Assembly: GCF_032062105.1 (NCBI RefSeq)
Contig: NW_026935164.1
Coordinates: 62,001-126,000 of the forward strand
Source of the DNA: Saccostrea cucullata
Taxonomy: Eukaryota
Direction: 5' to 3'
Length of the DNA: 64,000 bases
In this document: piece by piece, positions 1-12,779 of the stretch
How the letters are laid out: each line of letters starts with the position of its first letter
How positions within the stretch are numbered: position 1 is the stretch's first letter
Made by a program: the position numbers and the translations under genes
Notes under the pieces: model-generated
The model's input: only the letters and a program-made list of their open reading frames with translations
What the model was told of the DNA's origin: nothing
Databases searched by the model: none

Positions 1-3000
1 AGGAAATCCACCAGAACAACTAGACGGAGCAAGGTTAGGACTCATTTAATCATTGTCAGTCATATGTGGCATCTTACAAAATATCTTTGATACATAAAGT
101 ATTTAAAATATTTTGCTTTTTCTTTCAGAAGCCACCAACAGCAGGTAGTCATGGTGGACGGAAGAGGAAACAGACGGTAGGAGGACAATTTAAGGTGAGT
201 GTGCCTGATCATTTGTGGTTTGCATGTATGTAAATATACTGCAGATCACCCAATAGAGTTCTTGTAAATAAAAACTGATTTTCAAATATATATTAAGAAT
301 GTAGATTGCTGTCTTTTTGCACTATTGTTGTCTCACTGTTGTTTATAAATGTTAAGACCTCCCTGAGTATTCTGATGGAGAGAATGATGTCCTCATCCCC
401 AGTGTTTGTACGATGTCTGAAGCCAAATCATGTCAAAGTCCCAGGAAAGTTTGATGATAGCTACATACAAGACCAAGTAAGAACTGGATGCAGGCAATCA
501 ATGTTGACTTTGATTACTTAGCTTATTGGTATTGGTGCAATTTATAAACATTGTGTAGAAGAGTATCAAAATAACTGTAAATTTAAAAGTAAAGACCTAG
601 AAAAATGATATGAGAAGAAAAGAATTGCATCCTTAAAAGTTGAATTGCAAATCTGTCTATCTACGTTTTTGTACACTGGTATGTTTGCTTTAGTTATTGT
701 ACACTGGTATGTTGGAGACCATTAAGATTAGAAGAGAAGGGTTTGCAGTAAGGCCATCATTTGCAGAATTTGTAGAAAAGTTTGTATATTTTATTAATAT
801 TTTGAAATTCTTTTGTATCCAAGCACTGTCTTGTATTTTTTGTGAGTGAATATAAAATGCTGTCATAAGATTTAATGGTTTTAATTTTTTTTCATTACAG
901 ATACAAAATTATTGTATGTGAAGCAGCATTACCAGGGACAAAAGAAAATTGTTATAAAATTCTAAAGGCCAGCAAAATAGCTGGCTGGCAGATAGGGTAA
1001 TCTTCTTTCTAATTTTTTAAACAGTTAAGTCCAGCTTGAAAAATTCTTTGTTCTTAATTCTTAATTTTTTTAAGTGGATGGGTACTGGGGGACAGTTTTT
1101 TTTTTTTAAATATTGTAGTTTTCAAACTTTTGTTACAGAGCAAAAGTTATAAACATAATTGTATAAGCAATTAATTGATAAACCAAAAAAAAAACAGAAA
1201 ATGAAACAGCTTCAATATCCTAAAAGCTTGAAACCTTGAAAAAAAATACCCCAAAAAAGCTGAAAAAATTTAAGGTTGGTTGCATTTTCAGTGTTTTGTA
1301 GGTAACTGCAAACAAGTGAATTTAAATTTTTATTTTAGGCCTTAGGTTTATATGAATTATGCTTAGAATAATGTTCAGTAAAATGTCTTTCAAACGAGTT
1401 ACACATATTTATATGTTTAAGTGCAGTATTTTAAAAAAATTACATGTACCTTGATATTTCAATATCAAATTGGGTTTTTTTTTTTCATTTCAGCAAAACT
1501 AAGGTTTTCATGAAATACTTTCATTTAGAACAGCTTTCAGATGTTTTAAAAACAATGGGTGTTTCTGCCATAAAAATTCAGAAAGGTATGTAAAATATAT
1601 TTACATGTAATATAACTATGAGGTTCAGCTTTTAGATTTGATAAGAATTTAACAATAAAAAAAGAGTAAAGAGATAATGTGGCTGAGATCAATTATGCAT
1701 GAAGTGATTTTATTTCAGTGGTAAGGGGATTTATTGGTCGTCAGGAATACAAGCGAAGACTTGCTAAAGCTAAAAGTGAAGCAGAAAGATTAAAGCATTT
1801 GGCTGATGATATTTATAACCTTAACATTCATCTGTGTAATCAACTGCAGATAGCCAAACAAAATGATGATAATATTCCATCTAGTAAGTATGCTGCCAAT
1901 ACCTAGTGACATCTTAAATTACCCAACTGAAAAGAATGAAAATTGAGCTCTCTATCTCTCAAATTTTAAGAAAGGCTTAGTCAAAACTTGTAATAAAACA
2001 TCTATGCTTTTTATTGAAGATTTTTATTTATATATCTGTGATACAAATTTTATCCTCTACATGCATATATATATATATAAAATAAAGGGGAAAAAAGCTG
2101 CAAAATTGTGTGGTTTTTATTTTGATAATAAATGATTCAGATAAGACAGAACTGCAGTGATTGTCTTTTTACAAGGTTTCTTTGGTGTTCCTGATGGCTC
2201 TGACCTTCCACCAATCCCTGATTTCACTGATGTTCAGTCTGTACAGATGAGTACCAGGAGTTATGAAAAACCAGCACCAAAAAAGACTTTTCATGAAATG
2301 GGCACCCAGGTATGTGTTGTGAAATTGCTTTTAAACTTTTAAAATAAGGATACCTTGATTATACCCAACTCTGAAGGAGAGGGGTGTGTGCTATTTTACC
2401 CATGTAAATCTGTGTTTGTCTGTCCAAACAAATTTTTGTCACAGTTTTCTCAGCAACCACTTCTCCCAAATGCTTGAAATTGTAGCACATTCTTTGTTTC
2501 GGCATGCCATATGGTGAGATTCATTTTTATATGAATCCATTGTCAGCTTCCTGTTGTCTGTCTGAACGAAATTTCTGTCCCAGTTTTCTCAGCAACTACT
2601 TGAAATTTCAGCACACTTTTTGTTTAGGCATTGGGTATGGTGGGTTTCAAACTTGTAAGTACCCAATGTTAACTTCCTGTTTGTCTGTAATTCTGTCTAA
2701 ACCAAATATTTCTGTGAAAGTTTTCTCAGCAACAACTCATCTCAGATACATAAAGTTTAAGCAGTGATACACTCTTTGTTTTGGCATTCCATATGTTTGG
2801 ATTTTTTATGTCAACATCTGATGTTTATATACCTGTTTATCTCTTCTTCTGTCCAAACAGTGTATATTCACTTAAGACTGGTAGTATTACTAGTGAGCAT
2901 CCACTGGTTCACAGACCTCTTGTTTAAAGTGTTCCGAATAGGAACTGAAATAAATGTAAAAAAGATTATTTTATATTTTTGAAAAAGAAAAAAAGTGTTG

Positions 3001-6000
3001 AGACTAAATGCAAGAATATTTAATTCATGTACATGTATTCAGGCCTTTTTGTTAAGAAATGTGTTGAGAGGGAGATTCCTATTAAACATTAAATTTACTT
3101 TTTCAATTATTTTTAGAGAAGAGGATCCAAAAGGTCACTTAACTTACTGTTTATTGTTTCAAGCTCTTTTCTTTTTTTTTTTTTACATTTTTTATTTGCC
3201 TTAAACTCCTGAAAATTTTGCTTATTTTGTTTTGATAGTTATGATGAGGAACATACTAACTGAATTTTATCAAAATTAATTTACTTGGCCTCATTTTGTT
3301 AAAGGGCTTTAAAATCTTTTGTGCTTTGCATGTTCATTATAGTATACACAAATTACATCCTTTGAATATTTCGTTTTTTTCCTTTATTTTTTTTAAAACA
3401 ATCAGAACAATTTTCCTTTAAACCTGTAAGATCTTTCTTATATTTATCTGTATTACTCCACATAAGTAAAGTCATGTATGTAAAGGGTCGACAGATTCAT
3501 TATAGGTTCCTCCATCTTTGTAATGTATTAGATCAATGCATTATCTAGTACATTTACACCCACTTGAGTTGAATAATATCTCAAGTATGTGTAACTTCAA
3601 CTCCATGGATATGTTGAAACAAGTATGAAGTCCAAACTATTTTTTTCATTGACTAATTAATTCAACATCAATATTTCATATCCTCAGATGTCTTGAAATT
3701 TCTCTTCAGGCCCATTAAATTCAATTAAGATAATGCAATTTGACCCTTATTTTGATATATGTATGGTTCATTTAAAGGCGGAAGTTAGCTCCTCAGATTC
3801 AGAGTTTTCAGAGGATGAATTCAAGCCTGTGTCCTCCCACAATTTTGGTACCCCAGGGACCAGGATGGCCACGGTGCGATGGTTCAAAGAGACCCAGACT
3901 CATCAGGTCTATGATCCTATCAATGTCAGCGGAAATTTTATTGCAGAGTGGTTCCATGGTGTCATTAGTCGCAGGTAATTCAATCAAGTTCTGCAAAGAG
4001 GGTATTATAATATTGTAATATTGTAGATTACTAATTTTTCCTGCCACCTTATTTTTGTGATATGGTCATTTACTCTTAATTACGAGACAAATTTTGACAA
4101 ATGTGTTTTCTTTAGAAATGTGTATATACGTGAGAATTTCATATTATCACTGTCTTGCTTAACTGCATGAAAATAAAATTCTCATGAATAAAAATATATT
4201 TAGAGTAGTTAAGGAGATGTACACATTTTAATTCCAACTAAATACCTGTAGAGAGACATGCTAGAAAATATCATTTGAATTCCTTGAATATACATGCAGT
4301 GAAACTATCTAATCTGGATGTTGGGTAATCTGAAATCTTGTCTATTACAATGATAACTCTCTGTCCTTTTGAGTAAGTTAGCTGTTTAAAATCTAGAGTT
4401 TTGTCTAATCGAGTCAATTTCTATAAAATGATGGTTTTCTGATTAGAAAAGTTTCCCTGTATAAAGCATTAACCGATATACAGGTACTACAAAAGCAGAT
4501 CAATGAACAAAAGGTGGCAAAAAATTCTTTCATAATAAATAATTCTTTCGTGATAAAACCTGTATTTTTCATGTAATAGTGTTTAGTTTTTTAACATAAA
4601 TGAGTTATTTGGATGCTTTAAATTACAATTAAAAGAAATGATTCTCCTGTTCCAACATATTGAAAATAATGCGAGGTTCATGTATGATAATCTCAGTGAT
4701 CTTGTATGTAGGGGTAAATCTGCATATATTGAAGAATGGTAGGGCCACGATGACTCAGATAAGCATTATGATCCATGGTTCGGGTCTCTTGTATTGGATT
4801 TAAACATTTTACAAATCCTATTTGTACTTTTAGAGAGTCAGAAACCTTGTTAAAAGGAAAACCAAGAGGCTGTTACCTTATTCGAGTCAGCGAAAGCAGA
4901 TTTGGTTACACATTATCTTTTAGGTAAATCAGAGTTTTTATGAATGGATTTTGTAAATTGAAGGTGTATACATTACTTTGATTTGTAAAAGGTAGCGTAT
5001 ATCATTTGCTCCTTTTTGCATATATCCATACACCAGTGAGTCCTCCAAGCTTAATTACTACAACTGTATGCTCTGATTCAATTAATGGTGAAATGAACAT
5101 TGATAATTGAAAACAAAATGAAAAACAAAATTAATTACTTTTGCTCCTGTATTCAGTGGGGGAGATCGAACAAGACATTACATGATTGATCAGCTTCCAA
5201 ACAAGAAGTATATAATTATTGGGGAACCTAAGGTCCACAGAAATCTGAAGGATCTGGTGGAATATCATAAAAACGTAAGATACAATTTCATCTTTCTCTC
5301 CAAGCTATTATTTCACAACAATATATTATACTCATGTTCCTTGGATTATTTTTTTTTTCATTTTTATAGGTTAAGATATCCAACTGGAATGGTTACCTTA
5401 CAGAACCATGTGGGCAGGTAAAATATTGACATTTTTAAAAGGATTCTTTGAAAATTAAGGAAGGATGACAACATTTATGATATACTAAACAAATAACAAT
5501 GATTAAAATAGCTAAAAATAAAATTTATTTATTTTTCATAAGATATGTCTATTTTACTGCAGGAACATGGTGTGTGTGACTACCAGGAATTGGTCGGAGA
5601 CAATATGTACTTCAAACTGGAAGAAAACTCCCAGGTAAAACATAGAGACTATCTTTATTGTCTTAATGTAAAAACATCATTATACTTGTATACAATTTTC
5701 TTAACTTATGATTGTGCTATGAATGATTTATTCAAAGTAACAATATTTACAGAATAAATCTAGTCATCAAGCTACAAGAAATCCACAGAGAGTAAGATTT
5801 TAGAATTCTTGTTTTCTGCATGATGGTCACTATTTAAAAAAATTATAACCCATAATGCAAATTTTGAAATTAACTTATAAAAAATACTTTAAAACTTTTT
5901 CTGGTTTAAAGTCTGATAAAGATAAGTATTTGTATTAATAAATTATTAAATTAACATTTTAACTCACTGAAGAGAATATTTTGGTTGTCTGTTTTGAAAT

Positions 6001-7674
6001 CAACATGTTGTGTTTTAGCACCTGACTCGTCCTTATGTGTGAGTCATTCTTCCTGTCACATCAAAAATGCATCCTATAATAACCCAGATGTACCCTGTTT
6101 TGCATGAAATACATGTGTAATGAGTCTACTTGCATTCTGTGTACAAATTTCAAATGTTTATCGAAGCCATGCATTTAGATCTGAAACTGGGTTTATCAGT
6201 ATATCAATTATGAAATCATTTAACCTATCTTTAATTACCAGACTACAATATGATGGCTAATGTACTCTGAACAAAAAAACTTGGAATGGCAAGCAGAATT
6301 TCATAATCAGTAATTATTTCTATTAAAAGTGTATGAACTGTTTGGTTACATTTTTAGCTGCAACCAAGTATATTAAATTTAAGCATGTTTTATGTGTATG
6401 TAATTAGTAATGTAGGCTACAAAATTTATATTACTGTAATATCACATATTTTCGTGGGGCCAAATTTTCGGGTTTGAGGAAAAATTGTTGGTTCATTTTG
6501 ATTTCGTGGATGAAGAACGTTTTAGTAGTTTTGCATATGAAAATTTACATTTCATGGTGGGCATGAATTCGTGGGTCTCTTCATACCTCGAAAACAACGA
6601 AGATTAAACCCCCCGCGAAAATTATTGATTTGACCATATATTCTGTATTCATATTATTTGTTTTCATAGTTACATGTACTAGCTATTGAAAAGCTAGTTT
6701 ATTAAAAACACTCATTTTTGCCCACCCTTAGAGCAGAATGCAAGAGTAACACTGTTATGTCATTTTTTGTTTAAATTTTTATGTTTTTTGTTTTGGTTTC
6801 ATTGCTAACGACTACCGTTTAAGGGGCTTTTGTTTGTTGAAGTTACAAACTAAGCATTCAATGCTTGAGCATGGCCATGTTTTTTTTATTTCACAACAAT
6901 GAATTTAAGAAGTGCATAGAGCCTATTAAATATTTACTAATACTTTCCTGATACAAAGAAATTTGATTATGTTGAAGTATTAAAAATGTTTTTAGATAGA
7001 TATTCACAAAGATTATTTCTTCTTTGATCATTTTTTATTTCATTTTCTATAGTTTTTGCATTCTCGGAGTATCATACGTTGAGACATCAAAACTTCAATA
7101 TTAATTTTTAAAGTGTGTTATCAGATGCTAATTAATATGATTACAGAGGGGTGCATCTCGCACAAACCGAGTCCAAGAAAATCAGACCAGCAATAGTCAA
7201 GTGACTTCAAATGACTCAGCCCCTCCAGTTCCAGAGCGCAGTTACTCTATGGCTAAACCTGTTCAACCACAGGCTTCGGTTATGAGTAACCGCCCCCTTC
7301 CTAGGAGACCTGATGAGGCATATCAAAGGCTTCTTAAAAATCAGGTACAGTAAAAGTTACTATCCTTCCAAGTTTATATTCCCCATATTTTTTTTTTGTC
7401 TTCAGAAATGTGGAAATAAGATCTAAAAATATTATGAAATAGATTAAAACAAGTCATTCCCTCTAAAGATACTACTGTATGATAATTCATAGGAATAATT
7501 TTATCTTGGCTAAAGTTGTTGGTTGATATCTTGTCACTACAGGTGCTTGCATGTGAAGGATTTGGGACTATTGATCAGTAAATCCATTATAAGACGTTCA
7601 ATTTGCCATTATTTCCTCATTTGTTGATTCTTATCTCTTGTCATTTACAGACCAAACAGCATGAGTATCACTGA
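1..7674 (+). CDS. Unconventional myosin with IQ and SH2 tail (myosin III/XXVIII-like), 5'-partial, 15 exons in window
   Basis: Exons 1-33, 129-194, 357-476, 694-779, 901-996, 1494-1585, 1719-1883, 2176-2309, 3778-3974, 4834-4923, 5157-5274, 5370-5417, 5563-5634, 7147-7344, 7651-7674. All introns are GT-AG with matching phases. Motor motifs QTVGGQFKTSL, FVRCLKPN, LLYTGMLETIKIRREGF, GKTKVFMKYFH; IQ motif IQKVVRGFIGR; SH2 WFHGVISR..YLIRVSES..PCGQ; stop TGA at 7672-7674. Confidence 0.9.
129..194 (+). CDS. Myosin exon (loop 2, KPPTAGSHGGRKRKQTVGGQFK)
   Basis: ttcag acceptor, gtgagt donor, phase 0-0. Confidence 0.85.
357..476 (+). CDS. Myosin motor exon (TSLSILMERMMSSSPVFVRCLKPN...IQDQ)
   Basis: Myosin FVRCxKPN motif; gtaaga donor. 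Confidence 0.9.
694..779 (+). CDS. Myosin motor exon (LLYTGMLETIKIRREGFAVRPSFAEFVE)
   Basis: SH1-helix motif; phase 0-2. Confidence 0.9.
901..996 (+). CDS. Myosin converter exon (YKIIVCEAAL...GWQIG)
   Basis: acag acceptor, gtaatc donor, phase 2-2. Confidence 0.88.
1494..1585 (+). CDS. Myosin converter/neck exon (KTKVFMKYFH...AIKIQK)
   Basis: GKTKVF motif; gtatgt donor. Confidence 0.9.
1719..1883 (+). CDS. Myosin IQ/short helical tail exon
   Basis: Completes IQxxxRGxxxR; gtaagt donor. Confidence 0.88.
2176..2309 (+). CDS. Myosin tail linker exon (FFGVPDGSDLPPIPDF...MGTQ)
   Basis: Phase 1-0, gtatgt donor, open frame. Confidence 0.78.
2355..2925 (+). mobile_element. Helentron-associated (HINE/pearl-like) non-autonomous element with ~140-bp internal tandem repeats
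   Basis: Starts with attataccc and a tgtctgtcc tract; repeat core (c/a)agttttctcagcaac recurs near 2442, 2582, 2718. Confidence 0.55.
3778..3974 (+). CDS. Myosin tail exon, SH2 N-terminus (VRWFKETQ...IAEWFHGVISR)
   Basis: WFHG SH2 start; gtaatt donor. Confidence 0.85.
4298..4459. mobile_element. Degenerate MITE (Tc1/pogo-like)
   Basis: cagtgaaactatctaatc ... gattagaaaagtttccctg imperfect TIRs. Confidence 0.4.
4834..4923 (+). CDS. SH2 core exon (ESETLLKGKPRGCYLIRVSESRFGYTLSF)
   Basis: FLVRES-equivalent YLIRVSES with the pTyr-binding Arg. Confidence 0.9.
   Translation, partial: RVRNLVKRKTKRLLPYSSQRKQIWLHIIF
5157..5274 (+). CDS. SH2 exon (GGDRTRHYMIDQLPNKKY...LVEYHKN)
   Basis: SH2 betaD to alphaB; canonical splice sites. 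Confidence 0.9.
5370..5417 (+). CDS. SH2 C-terminal exon (VKISNWNGYLTEPCGQ)
   Basis: 48 nt, phase 0-0. Confidence 0.85.
5563..5634 (+). CDS. Post-SH2 exon (EHGVCDYQELVGDNMYFKLEENSQ)
   Basis: 72 nt, phase 0-0. Confidence 0.82.
6433..6640. mobile_element. Degenerate MITE (tactgt...ttttcgtgg family)
   Basis: Imperfect TIRs attttcgtgggg / ccccgcgaaaat; repeated ttcgtgg. Confidence 0.4.
7147..7344 (+). CDS. Proline-rich tail exon (…APPVPERSY…RPLPRRPDEAYQRLLKNQ)
   Basis: 198 nt open, ttacag acceptor, gtacag donor. Confidence 0.8.
7651..7674 (+). CDS. Terminal myosin exon (TKQHEYH*)
   Basis: tttacag acceptor then in-frame TGA. Confidence 0.65.
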   Translation, partial: TKQHEYH

Positions 7675-7835
7675 AGAAATGGCAAAAAACTTTCGTGATC
7701 ATACTTCATTTCTCATTAAGGACCTTGGACGATTTAAACAACAGATATGATAAACCTTACTGTACCATATCACAGATCCATGACATATTAAATTAGTTCT
7801 TTATTTAGTCTTATGTTTGGTACAGATATATAGAG

Positions 7836-8443
7836 AATAATACATACCCTTTTCCATATCACATCCTGTATCAGCCCGAGACACCAATATCAGCCAGAGG
7901 GAAAAAGGCCCGAAGGGCTGATATTACGAGGGCTTATACAGGATGTGATGTGGAAAAGGGTATGTTTTATTATATTTATTACATACTTAGTAATAAAATA
8001 CAGTTGAGAAGAAAATAAGTAAATAATCATGCATGGACTTCTTACATACATGTACATAGTCTAATGTCTCATAAGATTTGGGTTTGTTTCTATTTCTATT
8101 TCAATGCACTTGATCCGTAATTTGAAAATATTCTATAGTATTACATGTATTTGTAAATTAAGATTAACCTTAATTTCAAAAAGTTAAAATTAAGAGAATA
8201 TGAACCCACCAAAAATTGTGTATGAGTACAAGTACTGTTATTGTGGTTTAATTTACTAAGGGTGTGATATTGACGTCACAATAGCCGTATCAGCCCTGCA
8301 GGGCTGATATGGATTTGCAGGGCTGATACGGATATCAGCCCCGCAAATCCATATCAGCCCTGCAGGGTTGATACGGCTATTGTGACGTCAGCCATATCGC
8401 ATATGCAAAAAACCTGTATTTATTACTAAGTGTGTAATAAATA
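7836..8443. mobile_element. Compound palindromic non-autonomous element just downstream of the myosin stop
   Basis: Hairpin 7836-7971; inverted repeats 7974-8002 / 8414-8443; internal 120-bp near-perfect palindrome 8271-8390; shared tatcagccc motif. Confidence 0.7.
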
Positions 8444-9331
8444 CATGTATATTTCACATATCAGATCTTTTTCTTTTGTTTGTTTTGTTTGAAATGAAAC
8501 ATATTATTTTGTCTTTGAAATGAATATCATAGTATCTGAAGAATAAAATTCTCCCCAGAATCAATACATATCAAAGCTTTAATTCCTTGTGAAAGGAATG
8601 TTTTATTGCGTAAAATATATTATGAATAAATGATAATAATACATGTGTGAATTTTCTGTTGACATTAAGTGTCCATTGTCATTCTTTTGTGCAATAGGTC
8701 TTAAATTAATGACAAATATGCATATATTAAGTAAACTTCAGGTTTGACCTTCATTTACAACCTAACATGTGTCCACCCTTCCACTGCTTACTTTTATTGG
8801 TTGAAGGTAGAAAATCACTGTTTCAGAAAATTTATAATTCAAAAATTAATTTTTTCAGGTTGCCACTTTAAACAAAGATGGCTATCCTTGGATATATTGA
8901 AGTCCTTTGGACCTTTTTATTGCCTTAGCTGTTATTACATCAATGTATTGAAATATATATATTAGTACAACAGAGTGGTTGGTTAATCGAGTACCTGTTA
9001 AAAGATCCGAGTATTGAACACTATAACTAATATTATTGAGTATACGTGGAATTTTTTTGACATTCTAACTTCCGAGTTCATCGCACAGTATTCTCAATAA
9101 GTAAACGTAACCTCGATTGAAGACCCTATCATAATTAGCCAGATAAAAGTCATTAGCATCCTTGTCAACGGCAGGGTTTTCTACACAGTTCAAAATAATG
9201 TAATAAAATAAAGCATAGACTCTTTAATTGTACAGGTATTCAGGATCAAAAATGCTTTGACAAGATGTGCATGATTTTAGTTTTCTTTGAACCTCTACGT
9301 CGTCTACATGCTGCTTTGGACTCCAGGGAAG

Positions 9332-9755
9332 ATTTTTATGCGCCCGGATCGATAGATCCGAGGCGTTTATTGTTTTTGTTCTGTCTGTTTATCTGTTTGT
9401 CTGTCTGTCTGCTGAAAACTTTAACCTTCGCCATAACTTTAGAATCTTGAGATATAGAGACTTCATATTTGGTATGCATATTGCACTAATAAGGTTCTTT
9501 CAAAAGTCACCAAGGTCAATGACCTTGTGACCTTGACTGTGACCTACATACTAAAAATAGCTATTTCAAACTTTTGCCTTAACTTTCGAAGCATAGGAGA
9601 TAGAGACTTCATATTTGGTATGCATACTTCACAAATAAAGTTCATACAAATGACACCAAAGTCATTGACGTTTTGACCTTGACTGTGACTTTAATGCTAA
9701 AAAAGCTATTTTCGAAATTTTGTCATAAATTTTGAACCATAGGAGATATAGACTA
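9332..9755 (+). mobile_element. HINE/pearl-like element with ~145-bp tandem units
   Basis: tttttatgcgcccggatcgatagatccg hairpin, (tctg)n tract, repeated agagacttcatatttggtatgcata and gaccttgac. Confidence 0.65.
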
Positions 9756-10278
9756 GAAAATAGAAATAGAAAATACAAAATAGAAAATTTGGGTATTCTT
9801 TTTCGTTTTAAAGGAGTTTAACTGTATTGTGATATTTTCAAAAATAGAGAATCAAACAATTTTATTACACAGCATTACTTTCAAGAATAAGATATGAATA
9901 AAGAACAAAATAATGAATTTATAAACTCTCAAATTAATGTTTTATTGTTGATGTGTTTGCATAATTTGGCAAAATATCCATATGCAAATATAACAGAAGT
10001 AAAACTTTCTCCCCTTAATTTGTACAATATTTTGAAGTGGATTTTTAATTCTACCAAAACTCTATGACAGTGGAACATTAAAATAACAATTTTTATCATC
10101 GTTTAGTCTTGAAAGTACAATATTGTGTTTCTCCACATCTGTCCAATTCCTTTTTTTTTTTTATAAATGACAAAACTGGAAAAATTATTGTACAATACAA
10201 TGATTTTTTTTTACAAAATTATTTGTTTCTTTGCATCGGCGTTATTACATTGTCATATTAATTGCAAGCCATTGTATA

Positions 10279-11438
10279 CGAGGGTTGTTCCAAAAAGTTG
10301 TAGACAGGGAACATATTTTATTTTCTCTTTGCTAAATCAAATTTCTTTTCTTGTCATAGCAAAGAGTAGCATTTTATGATCATGCATTTCAAGATTCATG
10401 ACGATACCACATTTAATAAGAAAACTATGAAAAAATGAAGAAACCATGTAAGTGTACATCGGCGCATGAAAGCAAGCGTAATTTACGTCTCTCATAACGT
10501 CATGATATCTTTTTCTGCTTCACATGAGGCTATTAACATCCAAATTAATATTTTTTTAATAGTGAAAAACCACTCTTGACAAAGGGACTAATTTAAATTT
10601 ACCACTGTCCCTCTTCTTATGCAGATTCAAATTTTAGTCAAAATTAAATTAGTTGAAAGATCACCGTACATTTGTTACATTAAAAGTTTAAATCTAAAGT
10701 TTAAACTTATCTAGATAGTATATAGATAAGTTTAAACTTTAGATTTAAACTTTTAATGTAACACATTTTAGGCAACAGGGAATGCACCTTGTTTGACGAC
10801 GTTCATGGCCCGTTTCCAAATGTCTGCGTTAAGCAATCAGTGCTCTAATTTACATGCAATAACTATTTTTCCGATATAGAGGGAATTAAAACTATCTTTG
10901 AATCTCGTGCTATTAAAAAACAACATTTCTATCAAAATATAGTGTGTAATGTCCTTTCTGTACTCTTTCCCTCCGTCTCTGATGAATGTAAAACATACCA
11001 AAAATAATCTATTACATTTCCGTACCCGTTCGACGACGTCATTTTCATCAATCTTAATTCGGACAACACTTTGAAAATCATAACACTAGTCGTCTGTTTC
11101 TAATGCTATTTACATGAAATTTTGACATATTATTAAGATTTTGATTCTGGTTTCAGTGATTAAAATTCTAGTTCAATCTTTTGCATAGTACTAAAGAAAT
11201 AAAAATAATGTAATAGTTATATGATGCGTAAATTATTCCGAATTTTGGTCGTGCGCCGACAGACCATATCGGCCTTCATATAAATCGTCCCAATATAATT
11301 AATATGAAAGATATATATTTAAGAATTCACAATTTTAAAGAACATTGGTTGTATTATGTGTATGCAAAATTTGGTTAGTTTTAGTTGCGTGTTAAAAAAG
11401 TTATTAACATTGTCTACGACTTTTTGGGACAACCCTCG
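10279..11438. mobile_element. Non-autonomous Tc1/mariner-type DNA transposon (1160 bp)
   Basis: TIRs cgagggttgttccaaaaagttgtagaca / tgtctacgactttttgggacaaccctcg, TA on both sides, no transposase ORF. Confidence 0.85.
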
Positions 11439-11689
11439 TATTGTTGTTTAATACATTTAAGTATATTTGAAAGGAAATACATGTATCTTTATATTTTTTT
11501 ACTTCCATGAATGAAAACTAATGAAACATAGTTATTAAATCATAAGAAGACGAATAATAGTCATGTATATAGTTATGAAATAAAATCTATAGAAGTAAGT
11601 TTTCAAAAAAACAAACAAACAAGAAACATTGGATGTCGTAAACTGTCTTTAAGATTGATGATTGTAAAAAAAAAATGCATAGTAGGTTA

Positions 11690-12030
11690 AAAAATGGTGA
11701 AGATAATAAAGTGTAAGAGAGATCAATCTCAAAACATCTTTTAACTATACAAATCTGTGAAGAGGGCATAAACGCCGACCCCTGGAAGTTTCAGTGGTGG
11801 GATCAGGAAGCATCCCCTGTAGACATGTTCCATCCACTGTGAGCCCTCCTACGTATTGGTAATGTAGATAGCATTCTGTAGTCAAATTCAGTATCCAAAA
11901 AAAAAATGCTTAACATTCAATACTAAACAAGTTTGCTTCAGCATGACTAAATGATATACGTCATATTTGCGTACAATGTCATTTAGACATCCATAGAATT
12001 TATGAAACTTTATAAGAGGTTTTTACTCAA
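11690..12030 (-). mobile_element. Degenerate 3' fragment of Penelope-like retroelement
   Basis: Shares the ggtgggatcagg..gcatcccctg motif and downstream sequence with the 24700-25265 copy. Confidence 0.5.
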
Positions 12031-12779
12031 CGGTCAGTAACATGCATCGGTTTTATATAAAGTGATTGCACATGACATGATAACGGGATATTAAAATATT
12101 ACGAAAAATAATAGCTGACGACCGAAATACTGGAATCATTTCGTTTGGCATACTTAGTCCTTTCTCGTTTTCTAGTAAAACATCCAAAATTAAATATGAA
12201 ACTGATTTGGCACACTGTAATGTCTTTGATTTCAATTAAGTTCTCTATGATATATCGATAATTAAATTGAAGTAACTATTGTTAATCGATAATACATTGT
12301 CGAAATTATATCTAAAAATATTTGATAAGTTAATTAGAAGTTTTTCCTTGCTCCTTTTTTTGTATGGTTAGCATAAACTATATGCTAGATAGTGTTCAAT
12401 ACGTGAAAGAGTCAATGTACTGTCATATAAAATACCTACAAAAATAGCATATCTACAAGATTTTGATGTTTAAACAAAGTATGTGAATGGATGTCTTGGG
12501 ATGCTATCTACCATTCTTTAAGAGCGAAACACTGGAATTCCTTTAACTTTCCAAGAAATATGACTTTACAAAAACTATATTTTCAAATCTAGTAAAGAAG
12601 AAGCATGTTTATCATTTAAATAAACAGCAAGTGTGACTCAAATGCATGAAGACGCTTTTTGTATATTTCATTGTGCCAGTCAAGGTTTTTGTTGCTTCAA
12701 TTGTAGCTAAAGATTGAACAAGTTAATGTTTTTGGAACAGTAAAAATTTTTGATGCATGTCCAAATAACTTTAAAACTT

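Noticed and set aside
3117-3133. Possible myosin microexon agaagaggatccaaaag
   Set aside because: 17 nt breaks the frame, the donor (gtcact) is weak, and no compensating partner exon was found.
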